In this document: positions 24,683 to 37,005 of the stretch, piece by piece
How the letters are laid out: the number at the start of each line of letters is the position of its first letter
Numbering within the stretch: position 1 is the stretch's first letter
Assembly: GCA_024137785.1 (NCBI GenBank)
Contig: JAHRHZ010000025.1
Location: 33,724,285 to 33,788,284 of the forward strand
Direction: 5' to 3'
Origin: Ginglymostoma cirratum
Lineage: Eukaryota
DNA length: 64,000 bases
The notes under the pieces: model-generated
What the model was told of the DNA's origin: nothing
Seen by the model: the letters and a program-made list of their open reading frames with translations, nothing else
The model's database searches: none
Translations under genes and position numbers: made by a program

Positions 24683-26175
24683 AGATAGTTCCTTTATAAC
24701 ATTAATTATCTAACAGCAAAACAATTCTGATTGACTGCCTGTGGCCATCCGGAATGCTATACTTTGTCTCATGTTAATATTCCATTGTCTTTGTGTCTGT
24801 CATGATTTTCTGCACCTTCCCTGCCACATGTTTTGAAATACCATCAATGTTTATTCATTTTCTTTTTTTAGGAATTGTATTTTCCTGGTTATAATGCTTT
24901 TCAATCATTAGAACAGTTGAATGCTAACATCACTTCAGTTGGTAAATGCCAGGGGTTCGAGCAGAGTAACAAGAAAATTGAGCTAGTGCTGGGTAGCTTC
25001 TCTCCCCTTGAACATTGTGTGTACACTCACATGGCCCTCTCCACGTCCTTTCGAGAACAGCAAAGTCCAAAACTCAGGTCATGTGTCTGTTACAGAATGG
25101 CAGTGTTGCCTAAATTACAGGCAGTCCTGTTAGTGGAATATATTTGCCTTTTGACTGAGATTCTAACCCATAATATTTTGAGGATGTTTAAATAGTGAGG
25201 TAGCCATTAGAACTATCAAATAATCTTATTTAGAAAACAATGAACCAGTTTTAAGCTTAATCAAACTCACAAAAAGTGAGCTTGACATCCTATGTACACC
25301 CATCTGGTGTTCACCTTTATTGAACTGAATGGAAGATAAACTCAGATAAGGGTGTAAAACAGCATTTGATATAATCCTTTTCATTGTCTTACCATGGGAG
25401 TTGGGTTAGAATTCAATCTAAACTCTTTCTTGTTGATTCTCTATGTCATGTATTAAAACTCTAAGCTGGCGATTGCCTGGGGCAGATCTTGTTGGACCTT
25501 GAGATGATGGATGGCATCAAGAGCTATGTGCTACGTACTCCATTCACAAATTAATGGATTTGAACTTTATTATTGTTACTAAGGAGATTTTAGACCAAAA
25601 AAATGTACTCCCTATGGAGATAGAATTTAATGAATATGCAGATCTCTATCTGAGGTATACTATGATGTGACATTGTTCTCAGGAGTCATGTGATAGAGAC
25701 TTTGCTAGAAGGTTGGAATAGAGCAGCTCTAGGCAGAAGTGTCCACCGTAATATCATCATGAATACATTGTTAATATATGCTTCTTGACAAAACAGTTTG
25801 AGCTTTTCTGAACAACTAAAACATCCTAAAACACGATGACACCAGTGGAAACAGTAGTCCAGTGTGGATACTGTTTCCCTTAAAAGAATCTGAAGAACTG
25901 CAAGGCAAACAGACAAACCAGGGGACAGAAATTCTGAGAATTCTCCTTAAATACTGTAAAGTCTTTTACATAGTGAGGTATATTCCAACTTGGCAATATG
26001 TCCACTTGTCAGCGGATCAATCTCTCCCTCTTCCACAGATGAACCCATACGAAAACGCTCACCTTGTTCTTTTCTGAGGAAACTTCAAATGTGAAACACA
26101 CGAGCAAAGGAGGCTCAAGAAATGTCAATAAATGTAAATGTGTCTTTCTTTAGTGCTTGAGGTTTAATGACGAGG

Positions 26176-26545
26176 AAGTGGTGGCATAATGGTAATCTCA
26201 CTAGAATAGTAATCCAGACCTGTAGGCTAATGTCCTGAGGATGTAGGATTTTAATTCCACTGTGAAAGATGGTAAAATTTGAGTTCAACAAAACATCTGC
26301 TGCATTGATGGACATGTCACCATTGTTAATTGTCATTAAATACCCATCTGTTTCAATAATGCCCTTTGGGGAAACAAATCTGCTAGGTTTACCTGTTTAG
26401 CCTATATGTGGTTCTCAACCCATAGCAATTGGGTAAATCTAAACTGTCTCCTGAAACAGCCCTTGCAAACCACTCTGTACAAGTTCTATTAGAGATAGAC
26501 AATGAATGCTGATATTATAGTGTCATGAGCAAATAATAAAAAGTC
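26176..26545 (+). mobile_element. Shark tRNA-derived SINE
   Basis: gtggcataatggtaatctcactagaatagtaatccagacc...gatggtaaaatttgagttcaa...cccatctg.ttca.taatgccctttgggga. Confidence 0.75.
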
Positions 26546-28265
26546 AGAACCTTCTTACACTTATCTGTTAAATAATAATTTAACACACCTACTGGGCATT
26601 CTTTACATGAACTAAATATAACATTGGGAGCAGGAAATTAAGCATTTTGAGGAGGATCAGAATTCTGTGAATGATTGTTGACTAAACAGTAATGCTTACA
26701 CGTTCAAAGATAATTAATTAATTATAAAGCACAGTGGGATGCTTTGAGAATGTGAAAGCTGCCATTGGATATTCTCTCTTTATTCCTGTCCAGTTGTAAG
26801 TTTAACTTTCATGCTTGATAGTGTCAAACAAAATTAGTTTGTTACTTGAACCCCATCTCCAAAATCAATCATGTGAATTGGTCACTTCTGGCTCTTTCAA
26901 CCCTGAGGCTTTTGTGATTTGATCTAAAATTCAGATTAGTATAGATACAGCACCAGAATAAAAGCAGGGCTTTGTATTGAAATTGAGTGAATCAGAAAGT
27001 TTCAGTATATATTTTGCTGATTTTTGAAGCTGTATGTACCAAAAGCTATTGTACAGAGACTTCACAACTGATTGCCTTAAAAGTAAAAACATGTTACTTC
27101 AGAATAATCTCCACAGTGTAAAGAAGATGAGGACAATTGTTTGAAAATGTTTCTTTTTAAAGCAATCATATGGTTAAAGTCTGTGTTAGATTTAAAGTTG
27201 AAAGATGTGTACTGCACAAAGCTGTTCACTTGTAATTGTTGACAAAATTGAACAGAAAAATGAGTCATGTATAAAATTCCAATTGATTTTGCTTCTCCCT
27301 TAAGAAGCAAACACATTGTATAGGACAGTACGGGCAGTAATTACATCTTTGTCCATTGGGAGAATCAATGAAATCTAGGCTCATATTAATGTAATCTTTA
27401 TTACTTTTGATTTTTGTGATGATGAGAGGCAAAGGCTATTTTTTAATTGTCATATTGGTAAAATCACATTCTGTAAAATAATATAAAATGTTACATGCAG
27501 CAAACACTTTGAGCTGCTCGTTAACTTCAGATAGTGAGGGAACAATGGAGATGGACCTGAGAGCTGGAAGACTGGAAGAAATGGGTTTTCTGCAAATCCA
27601 GTTGAATTTAATCACAAGTCTTTTTTGCTTTCTTGCTCTCTCTACTTCACAGCTACATCAAGACAGATTGAAAGGCTGGGTAATAGCTGGACGGGGAGGC
27701 CTTCAGCAACAGGTCACATCTGGGGAATGGAGAGGAAACAGGCAATATCAGGGTTCCTGGGGAGGTAAGTAGGAGGCGGGAGCCGATGAAATCTGGGAAA
27801 GCAGGAGCAGGAGGTGATTGGGGTACAGAGGTAAGCGGCAAAAGTAAAGCCAGGATTCCAGGAAGGCCTTGAGGAGAAGGCCTCGAGGCTTGAGGAGATC
27901 ATTCTATCTGGATGCATCACAGCTTAGTACAGCAACTGCTCTGCCCAAAACCGTAAGAAACTACAGAGAGTTCTGAGCACAACCCAATTCATCATGCAAG
28001 CCAAATTCCCATCCATCGACTCCATCTACACTTCTTGTTGCCTCGGAATGGCAACCAACATCATCAAAGATCCCTCCCACCTCAATTGGAATCTCTTCCA
28101 ACATCTTCCATCAGGCAGAAGATACAAAAGTTTCAACATATGTACCAACAGGTTCAAAAACAGCTTCTTCCCCGCTATGTTTAGACTTTTGAATGGACGT
28201 CTCAAATTCAAATCTAATGTTGATCTTGCTTTTTGTGCACCTTCTTTGCAGCCGTAACTTTGTAT

Positions 28266-28308
28266 TACACACGCACATACTTTTACACACACACACACAC
28301 ACACACAC
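28266..28308 (+). repeat. (CA)n microsatellite
   Basis: Interrupted CA run. Confidence 0.95.
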
Positions 28309-28369
28309 AAATGTAAATCTATGGGATGAATTTGTATTTGCAGATACATTCTATTTTGCTCAAAAAACA

Positions 28370-28850
28370 CAAAATTTATGGACAGTCTGTCAATGTGGTG
28401 TTTTATAAATTCCTATTTTAGAATTAAAACCAGTCTGACTCCAACCAAAACACAAACAGATTCTAAACAAAACTTTACACTAACATGCATTTTTTGACCT
28501 AAAATGTCACCTTTTTTTAAACACTGATAAAGCCTTTAGTTCTCTCAGGGCAGTGACTTGAAAGAAATTCAGGAATTTACATATACATATTAATCAATTA
28601 AAGCCTTCTAACTGATTAAAGATTTAACAGTGTCTTAGGTTTGTTTAATACATCCTCATCAGTTGTGTGACCCTTTGATCTCTTATTTCTAAAATCTGCG
28701 TGTGATTCCACCTCTCTCATTAACACCTGAAGAACAACCGAGGCTCCAAAAGTTTGTGATTTCAAATAAACCTGTTAGACTGTATAGCCTGATGTCATGT
28801 GATTTCTGTCCTTGTCTACCCAATCCAACAGCAGCAGCTCCACATCATTG
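28370..28850 (+). mobile_element. PLE 3' end of a third subfamily with decayed hammerhead
   Basis: acacCTGAAGAacaaccgaggctccAAAAGtttgtgatttcaaataaacctgttagact...ctccacatca, nested in the Rex1 tail. Confidence 0.6.
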
Positions 28851-31762
28851 CTTTGTCTTTTCACCCTATGATCTTTGTTTGTTATGATCTGCCTGTACTG
28901 TATGCAAAACAAAATTTTTCACTGTATCTAGATACACGTGACAATAATAAATCAGAGAAAGTCAAACCAAATCATATATCTAATCAAAGGGTTTATTCAT
29001 ATAAGTACATTAGAACCAGCAAGTTGATGGATAAGCACTTTTGCGTGAATGCCGCTATCCTTACATTTCTTTAGTTCCTAAGCCCATGAAAGATTGATAA
29101 GTTATACACAGGTTTAAGATTGTATTTTAATATGAGGTACATAGCTTATTACAATATTTATATTGTTAAGCTACCTATCAGGGTTTGCCTTCCTGTCTTA
29201 TTTGTACTCAAATTGGAAGTAGATTTGTTATTGAGTTTAGTGTCGATTTTATTGTCAAAATAACATTCCACTAGCTAAACACCATCCAGTTTCAGAGGTT
29301 TAAAACACAGTCTTTGGTCTTTATGGATGGATGTCTTTGTATCCCAGACTCTGTTGTGACTGGAAATTTCCAGCAGGAACTTGTGACTGCCCTCAAATCA
29401 TTTGTGACGTGATCAAACATCATTACAGACCCATGGGAGTCCCTGACTTATGACTAATACTGAATGCAGAAACCAGGAAGACACTAAACAGTTGAGATAC
29501 AATCTTCCCGCCCCCTGAGAAACATGGATAATTGCCAAAAAATTGGACAAGTTGCATGAAATGGTCTGCAAGAATTTCTGAACATTAAGAAGAAAACATA
29601 CCATTTTGCATCCAAGTGTTAATGGTAAAACTAGGTTCTTTCTATTGAAGAGAGATGCATTTACATCTTGTTCTGAGATATTTTTACCTCATTAAAGCAG
29701 TTTCCAATCCTTCTATCTGATAGAAGAATCTAGAAAGCATCAATTCACATCATGAAAGACAGAATAATGACCTGGTAAGTCCAGCTCACCTCTTGCTCGT
29801 CCAGACCTCCATCTTGGACATCAAGTACCAACATCTGAAGGCATGCTGTATGGGCAGTGAAGGCACTCACCCTTCATCCCTGGACATTGCAAAACAACGT
29901 GTAATTGCCTCACAGCCGTCTCAGGACACCTTTCCAAATCACATACAGTATGTTCCTTCTCTTTTATACTGCACTTTGGAATGTTGTGACACCTTTTATT
30001 AGGATGCTTCTGTCAGAAAACTGCAGACAGGGACAGGCAGCCATCTTATAGACCAAAGTAGGGTGAATCTCAGGACAGCTCAGTGACTATCTCAGCACTC
30101 ATTCACTTTGTGCCTGCTTTAATGCTTTGCCTCGCCATTTTGTACTTTGGCCCTTTAGCCAGAGCTTAAAGGCTCACATTGCTTCTATCTTGACTTATGA
30201 CAGATACAAAGCCAGAAAGCTTGTTATGTTTGTCAGCTGTCATCAGACAAAGGGTGGATGTGTTGTATCACCTTGCTATGTCAATCTCACAACATAACCA
30301 CGTGCCATCTGTCAAAATGGAAAATGCACTTCATGTGCTTCAAGAAAATGGCCATGTGTCAAAGGCTAATTGGAGTAGTCCTTAATCAAGTCAAGGGAGC
30401 CACCCTTCATTAATGGAGTGCAGCACATTAAGTCAAGGGCAGCCTCCAATATCAGCCCAGGGATTTGAGCATGGTTAGTCTCCTTGGGGGTCAGGGTCAG
30501 TATGTCAATACACCACAATTTGAGGAGTGGCCAACAGTCAGCCCTGTGGGTCCAGTGCAACCAGTCCAAAGAAACGTAGCAAGTCAGTCAGGAATCTGGT
30601 CAATCATTGCTCAGAGCTATCCATCTAAGTCAGATAAGATGGTGTTAAAAGAGGCCACTGCTACAGCAGGGACTTGGGTAAACTTAATTGTGGGGATTGG
30701 AAGCTGCATGCTGAGATGCATGGGGATAATAATGGTGAAGGGCAGCATCTCAACACATGTGAGTAAGACAATACAGCATTGAAAAGAAGAGTAACACATT
30801 AAAGGGGATTATCAGTAGTCAGAAACACTCTGGATTAAAGTTGGGATGATACTGGACTAATATATCTGGCATGTTGACCCAATATTCGTAGGGTTGGAGC
30901 GGTAAAGTGGGGAGATGAGGATTCAGACAGTGAGGGATTGAGTGAGTTGAAATGTTGTTAGTGCTGATGCTGATGGTGGAAAGATGGTGAGGTGTCCCAA
31001 GGCAAGGAGTGAGTAGACATGTAGAGACCATGCAATGTTAGTTGTTATGTGGATACTGAAAGTGACTGAGGAAAGATGTTGCCAGCAATTCTGATGATAG
31101 CCAGTCATGAGCCTTGTTGGGAGATACAGCAGCAAAGATACAGTGAGTTTGAAGAAGCAGAGAGAAAATGGTAGCACTTATCCTGGAAGAGCAGAGAACA
31201 TTTCTGCTTTCCTCCTACACTGCTGGACATCTCTTTGGACAGCTGAGACCACACTGAAGTAGGTGGCAACATCAGCTAGGCTGATTCTCTTTGGTCAGTC
31301 TTGGGTGAAGCAGGTGGCCGTCCTCTGCACCACCCAATCCACCTGGACATCCAAAAAAACAGGTTACCAAATGACCCCCATCTGCCATGACCAGGATAAC
31401 TCACAGGAACCACGCAGGACCGTTCTGGACTGACAGCACTTGACCACATGCACAACAACCTTTAAATATGGCACCACACTAAGAATCCTGGAATGTCCCA
31501 GCACTGGCAAATACCTCAGTCTATGAGGAGTAGGAGAATTGGTCAAGTGGGATATCATAAGGGTGTGGGGCATAGTTACTGTGTTGAGTCTAGCACCACA
31601 CTGCAAGAAAATTCTCTGCTCCTTATAGAGATAAACCCTCCATGAAACTCACCAACAATGACACTTAGCCAATTGCCAGTAAGATTAAAACAATGGACTT
31701 TGTTGGGAGCCCACAAAGGAAAAGTCAAGACATCAGACAGAGCAGACGAATCTCTAAACAAC

Positions 31763-32373
31763 AAAAGCAGCGTTGTGCTTCTGAGACTTTATCAAGCTCT
31801 AGTTAGGCCCCATTTAGAATACTGTGTCCAATTTTGGCCCCCACACCTCAGGAAGGATGTATTGGCACTGGAGCGTGTCCAGCGGAGATTCACACGGATG
31901 ATCCCTGGATTGGTAGGCCTAACATATGATGAACGGCTGAGGATCCTGGGATTGTATTCATTAGAGTTTAGAAGGTTGAGGGGAGATCTAATAGAAACTT
32001 ACAAGATAATGCATGGCTTAGAAAGGGTGGATGCTGGGAAGTTGTTTCCGTTAGGTGGGGAGACGAGGACCCATGGGCACAGCCTTAAAATTGGAGGGGA
32101 TCAATTTAAAATGGAAATGAGGAAACATTTCTTCAGCCAGAGAGTAGTGGGCCTGTGGAATTCATCGCCACGGAGCGCAGTGGAGGCTGGGACGTTAAAT
32201 GTCTTCAAGGCAGAGATTGATAAATTCTTGATCTCGCAAGGAATCAAGGGCTACGGGGAGAGTGCGGGTAAGTGGAGTTGAAATGCCCATCAGCCATGAT
32301 TAAATGGCGGAGTGGACTCGATGGGCCGAATGGCCTTACTTCCACTCCTATGTCTCATGGTCTTATGGTCTTA
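31763..32373 (+). mobile_element. Young 5'-truncated CR1 LINE with uninterrupted ORF2 C-terminus
   Basis: 172 open codons (LRLYQALVRPHLEYCVQFWPPHLRKDVLALERVQRRFTRMIPGL...RRLRGDLIETYKI...FFSQRVVGLWN), then a 3' UTR with gggccgaatggcct and (atggtctt)n tail; CpGs retained. Confidence 0.92.
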
Positions 32374-32656
32374 ACTCATTTGCCTGTCCCTGTACATGGC
32401 CTTCCACGCATGCAACAGAATCCTCAGATCCCAGGCTGGACCTTTCAGCAATCTCAGAACCTACTGGGCCCAACTCATCATCAATCACAAGGGACTGTCT
32501 AAGAGGAGATTAGCCAATTTACTGTTCAATATTTCTTTGACTCTTCAGTCTCATTTAACATCTCCATTAAATTTTAAAGACTCTGCTGCCAAACTGGTAA
32601 TTGCTTGTTTTGAGCATCTTTTATAGGTCTAGGACTAGATAGTACATGCCCCCGTA

Positions 32657-33425
32657 GGGTGTGATTTTACCTTGGGTTGGCGGGGAAGTAGGCGGGAAGT
32701 AGCGGTGGTCGATGAAGTTAAAACAGGCCAGATGGTGAGCCCCCTACCTTGCCACTCACTCATTCAGGTCACCCCCATAATGGGGGAGGGGGTAAGGAGA
32801 TGGACATGCATCAAAGTTGTCAAACTACCCATCACTGGCAGACAAATAATCAAGGATCACTTGAGCCTATTAAAAACTCAATTAAAGTCAATATTACTCA
32901 TACATGTTTAGCAAGGTCAGTTGGGCGGAGAAGCCTACAGGTACTATTTTATGGGGGTGCCCATTATCCATTAGGGGATACACACCATGAGATTGCACCT
33001 CCACTTCCTTCCTAGACACTATATATCACTACATATGTCCAATGCCAAATCCCATGCATCCTTCCTGACCGTGGATAAAACCTTCCTGCTCAAAGCACCC
33101 CCACCACTCCCCCACCCCCCGACTTACATGGAACATGCAATGGAACCAAGGAACCATTGAGCTTTCTGTTTTGCTCATTAACCTGTTGTAATCCCAGTAG
33201 CACTCACTTTAGAACGCTGGTGCCATCAGCACTGATGAAATTGCCATTCAGAGGGTGGAACTTCATGCCATTGATGGGCAGAAGGTCCACTCTTCATCAC
33301 CTTGGCCCTCCTGCAGCACTTTGTGGATGCTCATCTGACTTGTTCTGCCCTGCCGAGTTTTCCTCTTGCACATGGGGCAGGGGAGATGAGCCGTCTACTC
33401 CCCATTGCCTTTTAAATTTCTGCCC
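32657..33425. mobile_element. Probable non-autonomous DNA transposon (Harbinger/MITE-like)
   Basis: Imperfect terminal inverted repeats gggtgtgatttta...taaatttctgccc; a similar end (gtaaattctgtccc) occurs near 17958. Confidence 0.35.
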
Positions 33426-34011
33426 CAATCCTAAATGCTCATCTGAAAAAATGGCTGCAATTTTGCCTGAAACCATCACTAGAATTGATGTACTTTTGCC
33501 TGAGTTTAAACATTCTACTCTTCATACCATTGTGGTCTTCTAAAACTGTGGTGCCAATGTCTTTTGTTGTACCAAGCCCTGTTCCCTTATCATTCCTGTC
33601 TTGCGCTCTAGCACTGCAACATTCCTTTCCAGTCTTGACTTTTATCTTCAGATCCTCAAGTGACACTTGAAATCAGACAAGAGTACCGCCAACTGAAGTT
33701 CAGCCATTAATTCGGGAGTTTCTTCCCTAAATTTCTCCTGTTTGCTACCTCTCTTTCCTCCTTTAATACTCTTCTTTAAACCCACCTCTTCAGCCTAGCT
33801 TTTGGCAAACTGTCTCAAATATCAAATTTTTGCTGATAACATTCCTGTAAAGTACATTAATGGCACGATATATCTGGAGCCTGAATTTGGCACTAGTGAC
33901 ATGGCAGGGATTGAATGCATATGTTACCATCTGCATATGGAAGGCAATCTATCCAGGTCCTCTTGTTTATAATGCCAAAATATAGCCAAGCAAGAAATAC
34001 AGTCTTTAAAA

Positions 34012-34330
34012 ACTTAAGAAATGGGTTCAGGAGTAGGCTATTCAGCCCTTTGAGCCACTCTGTCATCCAATGAGATCATGGTTAATCTTCTCATTTAGCA
34101 CAATGTTCCTCGACTATTCCTGTATCTATTGATTTTTTTTTAATCTGTAGAAATCTATCAATTTCTATCTTGAATATACTGAATAACTGAATATCCATGG
34201 CCCTCTGGGGAAGAAAATTCCAAACATTCACCATGAGCTGGGTAAAAAATTTTTCCTCCTCTAAATCCTAAATGATCTGGCCATAATCCTGAGATATTGC
34301 CTGGTTCTAGACACCCTACCCCAGGGAGAC
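34012..34330 (-). mobile_element. CR1 3' fragment
   Basis: aggagtaggctattcagccctttgagcc...gagatcatggttaatc...ccctctgggg.agaaaattccaaacattcacc. Confidence 0.75.
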
Positions 34331-35169
34331 TTCAGCCACTATAGCTCAGACTTTAGCTACCATGAAATGGTCAACATAGTCCATGGAGTCTCCAATAAGA
34401 ATTAAAAATAGACAACCACCCCATGTGCTTCTGTAGCATCAGTGTGAAGTATAAAGATAGGTTTAAGAACTGAAGTATTACGCAGTTAATTAAGGGTAAG
34501 AAGGCTTACATGTACAAGCTTAGGATTTGAACTAACAATTGGACTCAATTTGTTTGTAATTATCATTGTTCATTCTAAGTAGCTTCTATTAGTAGAATAA
34601 CTGGGGGTTGTCTGCATTGATGCATACAGAGAAACAGTCATCATATAGGGTTGCAAATGATGGGATTAATCCTGCCCTCACTGAGTGCAAAGTACCCACT
34701 TGATTTGGATTGTAAAATAGCAAAGTTGACTGCAGAATTTCCAGGCTTAACCGATAACGGCTAGCTATCACCATGGGAAGGCTATTTGGATGCAATGATT
34801 ACACCCCCTCAAATCTTTTTGATGACGTATCTGATTGAGTTACCCAACAATCCCCTCCTGTGAACTACAGTCGTAGTGAAAGAAGTGTGAAGTAAAACCA
34901 TTCATTTCATCTTTGGAAAGGCTTGCAGAGAATGAGCTAACTGAGACAGTAATGAGCACAGATGACTCAACCAACAGATGGAGATCAAACATCAAAGCAG
35001 CTGACGTAGAATATATATATTTTGGGAGAAATTGTACAACATGTAATATCAAAACACAGCTTACAGAGGACTACAGGAAAAATGTAACAATGAATTAAAA
35101 AAATTTGAATCCCACTTGGAACCACTGATTTGGTTATATACCTATATATGGATCTGATTATGATTTCCA

Positions 35170-35312
35170 TTTCTGTTCATAAACTCAAAAGGTCCCAAAA
35201 CACTTTACAGCTGACTGATTACTTGCAAGGCCTTGTCACTGTTGTAATGTAGGAAACATGGCAGGCAACAAGCTCCCATAAACAATAGCAATGTGATAAT
35301 GACCAAATATTA
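35170..35312 (-). mobile_element. Deu-domain SINE 3' fragment
   Basis: cccaaaacactttacagc...gtcactgttgtaatgtaggaaacatggcag...gcaatgtgataatgacca. Confidence 0.6.
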
Positions 35313-36713
35313 ACAATAGTACATCATACCTTCATCTACATGCATTCAATGAAAATGTTACTCTTTTTTTAAGAAATAAGGAACAGTTTGCCCACAACAG
35401 TCATCTTCAGCTTCACTGATAATTTTGACTTGAGGCAGAGCAAAAGAATGCGATGGTTTCATCCGCTGAAAGAGCAAATGCACATCTTCAAACAAAAGGA
35501 CGTCAGCTCTATGAGTTGCAATTTGTGCTTTTGGGGAAAAAAGGCATGAAATGTGCTTGTCATGCAATTTCAATTCAGCTTCAAGTGCTCTATAATTCTA
35601 ACACTTACTAAAACAAGTGCACACATTCAGCCACACTCCCAAGGAGAAAGCCAATGCAAAGAAATTGCACATTGGTGCATCACTGTACTCGTATTGAAAA
35701 TTCAATAATACTGACAACCAAGAAAGTGAAGCTCACTGCGCTGTTGTGTTCAATTCAACCATTTTAAGGCCCTACAAAAAGAAGATATTTTAACTCACAA
35801 CATTGAGAGTGATTTGACTTAAACTTTGTTGGAAATAAATATGTTTGAGTCAAGGTCATTGACCTCCCCGAGTTTAATCTGCATAGAACATAGTTTTAAA
35901 AAATATTCTCTCCTTCTGGAACTATCTTGTTGCTTTTCCAACATTTGCTAATCTTTTTGTTCCGCTCTCAGTATTTGTCTTCAACCATTTCTATTTGATT
36001 CTTTCTTCACTTTTATCCTTTCTCACTTTATCTTTCAATCTCCTCCACTTTCTCTTGTTGCCTATTTACCACTTGATTTCTCTGCTACCAGTACCTGTTT
36101 CTCCTTTCATTTCTTCTGAACAGTTCCTATGCTTTCTGTATGTCTTCAACACATGCTCATTTTTTTCTATTTTTTAAATCCTGGGAATTCAATGAGATAC
36201 CATCAGATAAATATTATTCGCAGTTTGCGTAATGTTGCAGAAGGAGTGAAACAGGGGACTGGAAGCGGGCAGGCTCACTAAATTCTGAAAGAGTGGGAAG
36301 CATATATGAGGCTAGGGATTGGGATACAGTGAGGTGCTTGTGCTCAAAAGGACCGAAAGGAAGCAAGAACATGCACGTTAGAATAGAACATGTATCATCC
36401 TTGTTTAATTATTTGCCATAGTTATAAACTACATGATATTTATCTTATTTAGATCCATGTATTGCAATTAATCATATTGTGTTTATGACCTACTTTAATG
36501 CATTGTGGTTATATCATAATTTGCTATATTACCTGTAGTGTCATTTATTATAGTTGATTTGTATTAATTCATTCTCAGTGCGCTAAGTTTATACTGTGTT
36601 TGTGTTATGGTATTTTACACTGTATTTATAATTTATCATACTGAATCTGTGATCAAAATTCTTTCCATTGTGTTTATATTAGCGATTAACACAGTGTAAC
36701 GCCACCTCCCACA

Positions 36714-37005
36714 GGGGAAATGTTGGCCCAGTGGTATGATCACCGGACTGTTAATCCAGAGACCCAGGTAACGTTCTGGGGACCCAATTTCAAATCCTGC
36801 CATGGCAGATGGTAGAATTTGAATTCAATAAACATTTGGAATTAAGAGCCCAGTGATGACCAGGAATCCATTGTCGATTGCTAGAGAAACTCATCTGCTT
36901 CACTAGTGTCCTTTAGGGAAGGTAATTGCCCTCCAGACCCACAGCAATGTGGTTGACTCTTAAGTGGGCAATTAGGGAAGGGCAGTAATTGGTGGACACC
37001 AAATT
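36714..37005 (+). mobile_element. Shark tRNA-derived SINE
   Basis: tggcccagtggtatgatcaccggactgttaatccagagacccaggtaacgttctggggaccc..ttcaaatcc...ccagacccacagcaatgtggttgactcttaa. Confidence 0.8.

Larger units (their letters stand above)
27893..28955 (+). mobile_element. Rex1/Babar-clade LINE 3' part, interrupted by (CA)n and a PLE end
   Basis: ILSGCITA*YSNCSAQNRKKLQRV...PSIDSIYTSCCLGMATNIIKDPSH...LPSGRRYKS...TNRFKNSFFPAMFRLLN; tail ttttcactgta...cacgtgacaataataaatca. Confidence 0.8.

Noticed and set aside
25560-25920. Gypsy integrase-like remnant (VIETLLEG..AALGRSV)
   Set aside because: Resemblance to the integrase zinc-binding region is too weak to call without a profile search.
29760-31750. 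Harbinger-like transposon internal remnants (also about 3560-4340, 12300-14000 and 22870-23450)
   Set aside because: They look repeat-derived, but I could not recover a DDE motif or reliable termini.
31658-32281. Longest ORF (207 aa) as a host gene
   Set aside because: It is the CR1 ORF2 C-terminus fused by chance to 35 codons of flanking DNA; no promoter or splice evidence.
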